From positions 2,752,440 through 2,816,439 of the forward strand of contig NZ_OZ255701.1 of NCBI RefSeq assembly GCF_965276875.1: a stretch of 64,000 bases of DNA, given 5' to 3'. The notes beneath the pieces are model-generated. The model had not been told where the DNA came from and searched no databases. It saw only the letters and a list, made by a program, of their open reading frames with translations. This document shows, one piece after another, positions 59,244-64,000 of the stretch (position 1 is the stretch's first letter; the number at the start of each line of letters is the position of its first letter). The DNA comes from Lichenicoccus sp. Lineage in GTDB: Bacteria; Pseudomonadota; Alphaproteobacteria; Acetobacterales; Acetobacteraceae. Made by a program: the position numbers and the translations under genes.

Positions 59244-61479
59244 GCGCGCTCTCCGTTTCATGGTCGAAGCCGGGCAGCGCCAGCGTGCGCGCCGGCATGG
59301 CGATATGGTGCGCCTGCAAGGCAAGATTCAGGCGTCGGTAGAATTCGCGCTGCACCGGCCAGCGGCCAGAGGTGGTGCAGCGGATCGTGCCGCTGATCGC
59401 GACTGCATATTCGCCGATGCTGTCGACGCCGTTGAGGCCGAAATCGGCGATGATGAAGTCCGCAAAGGCTTCGTCCTCGCGCAATCCCTGGCCGATCTCT
59501 GTCAGCAGCGCGCAGACCCGGTCGGTATTCTCGCCGACGGCGATGCTGACCGTGATCGCCGCGACCGCGAAATCGCGCGACAGGTTGATCATGGTGGTTA
59601 CCGAGGAGAACGGGATGATCTGCACAGAGCCGTCGCCGGCGCGCAGCCTCAGGGTGCGGATTGAGAGATGCTCGACGGTGCCGGTGACTCCGGCCGCGGT
59701 GACGGTGTCGCCGACCTGCATCGCGTCTTCCACCAGCAGGAAGATGCCGGTGATGAAGTCCTGCACCAGCTTTTGTGAACCGAAGCCGATGGCGACCCCC
59801 AGGATGCCCGCACCGGCAAGCAAGGGCGCGATATCGACGCCGATCTGGCTGAGCACCGACAGCCCGACGACAATCGCGAGGGTGACGAACAGCACCGTGC
59901 GCAGGATCGGCAGCAAGGTCTGCAGCCGTAGTGCGCGCGCTGCCTGTTCGGCGTGGCCGAAGCGCACAATCTGGCGGTCGAGTGCGGCGTTGGCCGCCTC
60001 CCAGGCGATCACCCCGAGGCCCAGCGCGAGCAGGATCGCGATCAGTGCCGAGACCACGCGCGTGCCTAACGCGCCCTGCGTGAACCAGGACACCGCGGAC
60101 AGTCCCCAGGCTTGCAGCAGCAGCACCAGGCCGATGCCGACAAAGGCGGCCGCGATCAAGCGACGCAGCAGTGGCACGTAGCGCGCCGCGCGCAGCTCCA
60201 GTCCGGGGTAGCGCTGCTCCACGGTGTCACCCGCGCGCAGCATTCGGGTCAGCAAAGCGAGCAGTGCCGCCGCTACCAGGCGGCAGCCAAAGATGATCGC
60301 AACGCTGACCAGGAACAGCCGCCAGATCTTAGCGTAGCCGTCCCGCACATGCGCTGCGTAGATGACCCACAGCGCGAAATCGAAGAACAGAGCCGCGATC
60401 CACCAGTATTGCGCCATGCGTGTGAGCACCAGCCCGAATGCGGTCTGCCGCCACCGGCGCGGCGGCGAGAGCACCGTGGCAACCCGGTGGCGCAGCCGCC
60501 AGATCAGCAGGGCGACCAGGATATGTTCGACCAGCGCGATGGCGCGGGTCAGCGAGCGCTCTGCGGCGCCGGGGAGTTGCAGGATGCCGCCGATCTCGAT
60601 GACGGTGATCGCCACTACCGGCACCACAACCAGCCAGGCCCACCAGCGGTTCAGCAACACCGCGCCGGAATCGCTCATCCGGATGAGCCGCACGCGCGGC
60701 GCCCGTGGCGCCAGCAGCATGTCCACGCCCAAGGTGAGCAGGCGGCCGAGCCCATAGAGATTGATCGCGGTGACGGTGACCATTTGGCTCACGGGATGAG
60801 CAATGAAGGTGCCAGCGACGAAATTGCCGATCGCCAGAAACAGCGCCAGCGGCAGCAGCTTGACGAGCAGGCGCAACACGGCGAACGGCACCCGATGCAG
60901 CAATGTGAGAGACCTTGCCTCGGGCGTTTCCGCCACGTCGGACTCCGGTGGCGTGGTGGTGTCGGCGTCGCGTGCGAGTGCCCGCAGCGGCCGGCGCAGC
61001 AGCCTGATGACCACCTGCTCGGCCAGCAATGCCGCCAGGAAGACCGCGGTGCTCCGCCAAGCGGCGTCCACGAGCACGGCGCGGCTGTCGGGATGGCGCA
61101 GCTCGCCATCGAGCCAGCGCGCGGCGAGCACGGAATTGGCAAACATGCCGCCGAACGTGTCGACCTGCGTCAGCGCCAGCCGGCGCGCGACCCCCACTTC
61201 GCTTAGCAGTTCGCTGCCGACGCTGTTCGGCGCCAGCACCACCTTCGGCGATGGTTTCGCGGCCGTTACCGGCGCGGGCACGCTCTTGGCGATAGCATCC
61301 AGTGTGGCGATGAAGGCGGCGCGTTGCTTGGGATTGTTCAGCACGGTGAGCACCTGCTGCGCCTGCGTTGCACTGATCGGCGGCGCCGCGGGAGCAGCCG
61401 CCGGTGTGGCCGCATGCGCGAATCCGGCAAGCAGCAACAGAGCCGCCAGGATGGTCGTTCGTGTGCCTGTCGATCGCAT
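59236..61479 (-). CDS. Mechanosensitive ion channel (MscS family, long MscK-like form)
   Basis: Signal peptide, a periplasmic domain, multiple TM and an MscS core (..GSQKLVQDFITGIFLLVEDAMQVGDTV...G.VE..S.R...LR..DG....IP...). Confidence 0.9.
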   Translation of the reverse strand: MRSTGTRTTILAALLLLAGFAHAATPAAAPAAPPISATQAQQVLTVLNNPKQRAAFIATLDAIAKSVPAPVTAAKPSPKVVLAPNSVGSELLSEVGVARRLALTQVDTFGGMFANSVLAARWLDGELRHPDSRAVLVDAAWRSTAVFLAALLAEQVVIRLLRRPLRALARDADTTTPPESDVAETPEARSLTLLHRVPFAVLRLLVKLLPLALFLAIGNFVAGTFIAHPVSQMVTVTAINLYGLGRLLTLGVDMLLAPRAPRVRLIRMSDSGAVLLNRWWAWLVVVPVVAITVIEIGGILQLPGAAERSLTRAIALVEHILVALLIWRLRHRVATVLSPPRRWRQTAFGLVLTRMAQYWWIAALFFDFALWVIYAAHVRDGYAKIWRLFLVSVAIIFGCRLVAAALLALLTRMLRAGDTVEQRYPGLELRAARYVPLLRRLIAAAFVGIGLVLLLQAWGLSAVSWFTQGALGTRVVSALIAILLALGLGVIAWEAANAALDRQIVRFGHAEQAARALRLQTLLPILRTVLFVTLAIVVGLSVLSQIGVDIAPLLAGAGILGVAIGFGSQKLVQDFITGIFLLVEDAMQVGDTVTAAGVTGTVEHLSIRTLRLRAGDGSVQIIPFSSVTTMINLSRDFAVAAITVSIAVGENTDRVCALLTEIGQGLREDEAFADFIIADFGLNGVDSIGEYAVAISGTIRCTTSGRWPVQREFYRRLNLALQAHHIAMPARTLALPGFDHETESAHV

Positions 61480-61549
61480 GCGCTCTCCGCCGCCGGCTTC
61501 AATGGTCCGGCTTGGAACAACGCGCCGGCCGCGCTGTCAAATGCGCCCC

Positions 61550-62431
61550 CTAAGGGACGATCCGAAGTCGGGCGCGCGCTTCGATGGTCGGGCCGTCCAG
61601 CGCATGCAGCGCATCCAGGAGTGCAACCTGCAGCGTGCCGGGCCCGGGCGCCCGCGCGCCCGCCAGTTCGCCGGCAAGGCCGATCAGCACCATGCCATGG
61701 ACTGCCGCCGCGAGCGGGTCCGCGACCACGGCCAGGCACGCGCCAATGATCGCGGTTGCGGTGCAGCCCAGTCCGGTCACGAGCGGCATCATGGGATGGC
61801 CATTGTCGATGGCCACCATGCTGATCCCATCAGTGGCATAGTCGGTCGCGCCGCTGACCACCACGGCGCTGCCGGTGGCCCGCGCGAGCGCGCCCGCGGC
61901 CTCTCGTGCATCGTCGGACGCGGCCCGGCTATCGACGCCCCGCGAAGCTTGGCCGCCCGCATCGCCCGCACCCGAGAGCCGGGCCCCAGAGAGCCGGGCC
62001 CCAGAGAGCGGGGCCCCAGAGAGCGGGGCCCCAAAGAGCCGGGTAAAGGCGATGATCTCCGAGGCGTTGCCGCGAATTACCCGCGGCTTATGCGCAAGCA
62101 ACCCAACAGCCACCTCCGAGCGATACTGAATCACGCCGACCGCGACAGGATCGAGCACCCACGGCGTGCCCGCCTGCCGGGCCGCGGCGGTGGCGAGCGC
62201 CATCGCGCTTGCGCGTCGAGCATTCATCGTGCCGAGATTGATCACCAGAGCGTCGGCGAGGGCGGCGAACTCGACCACCTCCTCTTCGCCCTCGACCATC
62301 GCCGGCGAGGCGCCGAGCGCCAGCAGCGCATTCGCGGTGCTGTTGGTGACCACCAGGTTGGTGATGCTGTGCACCAGCGGCGTGCGCGCCCGCAGCGCCA
62401 GCAGGCTGGCGGCAACGTGCTGAGCGGTCAT
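61550..62431 (-). CDS. thiM: Hydroxyethylthiazole kinase
   Basis: The motifs ..PLVHSITNLVVTNSTANALLALGASPAM.., ..LVINLGT.., ..PWVLDPV.. and ..VIRGNASEI.. are all present. The ATG at 62431 is preferred over the GTG at 62446. Confidence 0.9.
   Translation of the reverse strand: MTAQHVAASLLALRARTPLVHSITNLVVTNSTANALLALGASPAMVEGEEEVVEFAALADALVINLGTMNARRASAMALATAAARQAGTPWVLDPVAVGVIQYRSEVAVGLLAHKPRVIRGNASEIIAFTRLFGAPLSGAPLSGARLSGARLSGAGDAGGQASRGVDSRAASDDAREAAGALARATGSAVVVSGATDYATDGISMVAIDNGHPMMPLVTGLGCTATAIIGACLAVVADPLAAAVHGMVLIGLAGELAGARAPGPGTLQVALLDALHALDGPTIEARARLRIVP
61973..62047. repeat. Imperfect 15-bp tandem repeat (about 5 copies) inside thiM
   Basis: The units are cgagagccgggcccc / agagagccgggcccc / agagagcggggcccc / agagagcggggcccc / aaagagccgggtaaa. 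They are in frame and encode ..GAPLSGAPLSGARLSGARLSGAG... Confidence 0.9.
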
Positions 62432-62647
62432 GACGTTGGCGATCACGCGCCGGACCGTGCAGCAGGTGGCGCCGGTCAGTCAAACGTTCCGTGGCAATTG
62501 TTTTTGGCAACGCCCGACCCGGCACGGCGGTCGCGCGGCATCCTGGTCCGACGGTTACAACTTCTTAGGGTTTGACCCCCTAAGATCATGGGCTCGCAAC
62601 GACCGATCCGTCCAGCCGCGGCTAAACCGGTTGAACAGGAGCCATGC

Positions 62648-64000
62648 ATGTCCCTTTCGCTCGACCGTTTCAGCATCAGAGTAAAGGTGGTCGGGGCATT
62701 CTCGCTTGTCCTGCTGCTTTTGCTCGGTCTGAGCGCCACCGCCGTCGAACGGCTGTCGGCGATCAATCATCGCGCCGCGGATATCCGCGACAACTGGCTG
62801 CCAAAGACGGGAGAGCAAGGGCGCCTGTTGATCGCGCTGCAGAAGGTCCGCCTTCTCGAAGCACGCTATTCACTGGCCCTCACCGATGGTGAGCGCAAGC
62901 AGATCGGCGCGGCCATTGCCGCTGGCCGCCACGAGGTCGAGCACTTGCGCGCAGCCTACGGCTCCATGACCGATGCAGGCAGTGTTGAGGCGCGCCTGAT
63001 GCGCACGTTCGATCGGAAGTGGGCGGATCACACGACGCTCGTCAATCGTGATATTGGCCCTGGCGGTGACCCCGAGAACCTCTTCGCCGATGAGGAGCAG
63101 AAGAGTTTCGCCGCGGCGTTCAAAGCATCCGAGGCGGCGCTGCATGCGAGCCTTGCTCATGGCAGAAACGCGGCAGAGGCAAGTGCCGCTCTCTATGTGA
63201 CGACAAAGCGCGTCATCCTTGCCGTGGCGGCAGCGTCCATTGCAGCTTGCGCTCTGCTGTCCTGGGCCATCATCAGGGATGTATCGGTGCCAATTCGCCG
63301 GATTACTCTCATTATGAAACGGCTTGCCGACCACGACCTGGACGTTGCCGTTACGGGATCGGATCGCCGCGACGAAATCGGCGGCATTGCCGCCGCGGTT
63401 CGGGTTTTCAGGGACAACATGATCGAGCGCGACCGGCTGGCGTCCGAGCAGCAAGCGGAAGAGGCCGCAAAGACCAGTCGAGCCGCCCGCGTGGAAACGC
63501 TGCTCCAGACGTTTGAGGGAAAATTTGGCGAGATGGCCGAGGTCCTCGCGGCCGCCTCCACCGAGCTTGAGGCGACGGCGGCAAGCATGACGGGTTCGGC
63601 GCAGCAGACCAATCAGCAGGCCGACCAGGTGGCGTCCGCCGCAATGCTGGCGAGCACCGGCGTGCATTCCGTCGCCTCGGCGGCCGAGGAACTGTCCACC
63701 TCGGTTGCGGAGATTTCACGTCGGATCAGGCATTCAACAAAAATGACCGGGCAGGCGGTCATCGACGCGCGCCGTGCCGATGTTACCGTCCAGGCGCTTG
63801 CCGATAGTGCCGAAAAGGTCGGACGGGTGGTCGGCCTCATCGCCGACATCGCGGGCCAGACCAACCTGCTGGCGCTGAATGCCACGATCGAGGCTGCGCG
63901 CGCCGGCGAGGCAGGTCGGGGGTTCGCCGTCGTGGCATCGGAGGTCAAGAGCCTGGCTGCGCAAACCGGGGCCGCGACCGAGGAGATCGGACGTCAGATC
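62648..64000 (+). CDS. Methyl-accepting chemotaxis protein (3'-truncated by window edge)
   Basis: AGGAG sits 6 nt upstream. It has TM1, a periplasmic 4-helix-like domain, TM2, HAMP (..[19 protein letters not shown]..) and the signalling-domain core ..[37 protein letters not shown]... The frame is still open at 64000. Confidence 0.9.
   Translation, partial: MSLSLDRFSIRVKVVGAFSLVLLLLLGLSATAVERLSAINHRAADIRDNWLPKTGEQGRLLIALQKVRLLEARYSLALTDGERKQIGAAIAAGRHEVEHLRAAYGSMTDAGSVEARLMRTFDRKWADHTTLVNRDIGPGGDPENLFADEEQKSFAAAFKASEAALHASLAHGRNAAEASAALYVTTKRVILAVAAASIAACALLSWAIIRDVSVPIRRITLIMKRLADHDLDVAVTGSDRRDEIGGIAAAVRVFRDNMIERDRLASEQQAEEAAKTSRAARVETLLQTFEGKFGEMAEVLAAASTELEATAASMTGSAQQTNQQADQVASAAMLASTGVHSVASAAEELSTSVAEISRRIRHSTKMTGQAVIDARRADVTVQALADSAEKVGRVVGLIADIAGQTNLLALNATIEAARAGEAGRGFAVVASEVKSLAAQTGAATEEIGRQI

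Noticed and set aside
61973-62047. Considered whether the short repeat array could be a CRISPR or a REP-type element.
   Set aside because: The units are directly abutting, have no spacers, are in frame, and lie inside a conserved enzyme gene. It is a coding tandem repeat.
62432-62647. Expected a second TPP riboswitch in the thiM leader. Also noted the hairpin CTTAGGG-N7-CCCTAAG at 62564-62584.
   Set aside because: Reading the minus strand, I find no GGGGTGC / CTGAGA / ACCTGA..GCG.AGGGA core. The hairpin lacks a following U-tract on either strand. It may be an operator in the thiM/MCP divergent region, but I cannot support a call.

Overview
GC-rich alphaproteobacterial-looking (Bradyrhizobium/Rhodopseudomonas-like) chromosomal segment, densely coding on both strands, with about 55 supportable genes. 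All family assignments come from reading the translated ORFs by eye; no database search was run. Start codons are judged from RBS, overlap and paralogue logic and may be off.

Gene content in window order:
1. Accessory tail of a soluble di-iron monooxygenase-type cluster: amidohydrolase, DUF59, GroEL paralogue, sigma54/GAF activator.
2. A phosphorylase, then a secreted ELWxxDGT/RTX-like repeat protein.
3. NAD-dependent formate dehydrogenase operon fdsG-B-A-D plus a formate/nitrite-family channel.
4. OmpR-type two-component pair, divergent from a tripartite RND efflux operon.
5. A microbial rhodopsin with a D-T-G helix-C motif, followed by a possibly degenerate partner ORF.
6. A small toxin-antitoxin-like pair and a large helical hypothetical protein.
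7. A luciferase-like monooxygenase, convergent with a four-gene operon: PoxB-like TPP enzyme, duplicated His-rich membrane protein, small subunit, GMC flavoprotein. A gluconolactonase follows.
8. A formamidase locus: permease with an 8-Cys tail, FmdB zinc ribbon, formamidase, a hybrid histidine kinase whose sensor is a full permease paralogue, and a REC-LuxR regulator.
9. A clear TPP riboswitch in front of a TonB-dependent receptor and a ThiY/NMT1-like binding protein.
10. A lower-GC islet with a Rap1a/Tai-like immunity gene and a decayed transposase.
11. A ten-gene carbohydrate ABC/kinase/dehydrogenase/isomerase cluster with an RpiR regulator.
12. A 2OG-Fe dioxygenase-family gene overlapping an MscS-family channel, thiM carrying an in-frame 15-bp tandem repeat, and a 3'-truncated methyl-accepting chemotaxis protein.

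I recognised no rRNA, tRNA or CRISPR array.

Most interesting candidates: the permease-fused ('transceptor') kinase controlling the formamidase locus, the orphan DTG rhodopsin, and the GMC dehydrogenase operon with an unusual membrane partner. Many long ORFs in the supplied track are antisense GC artefacts and were discarded.
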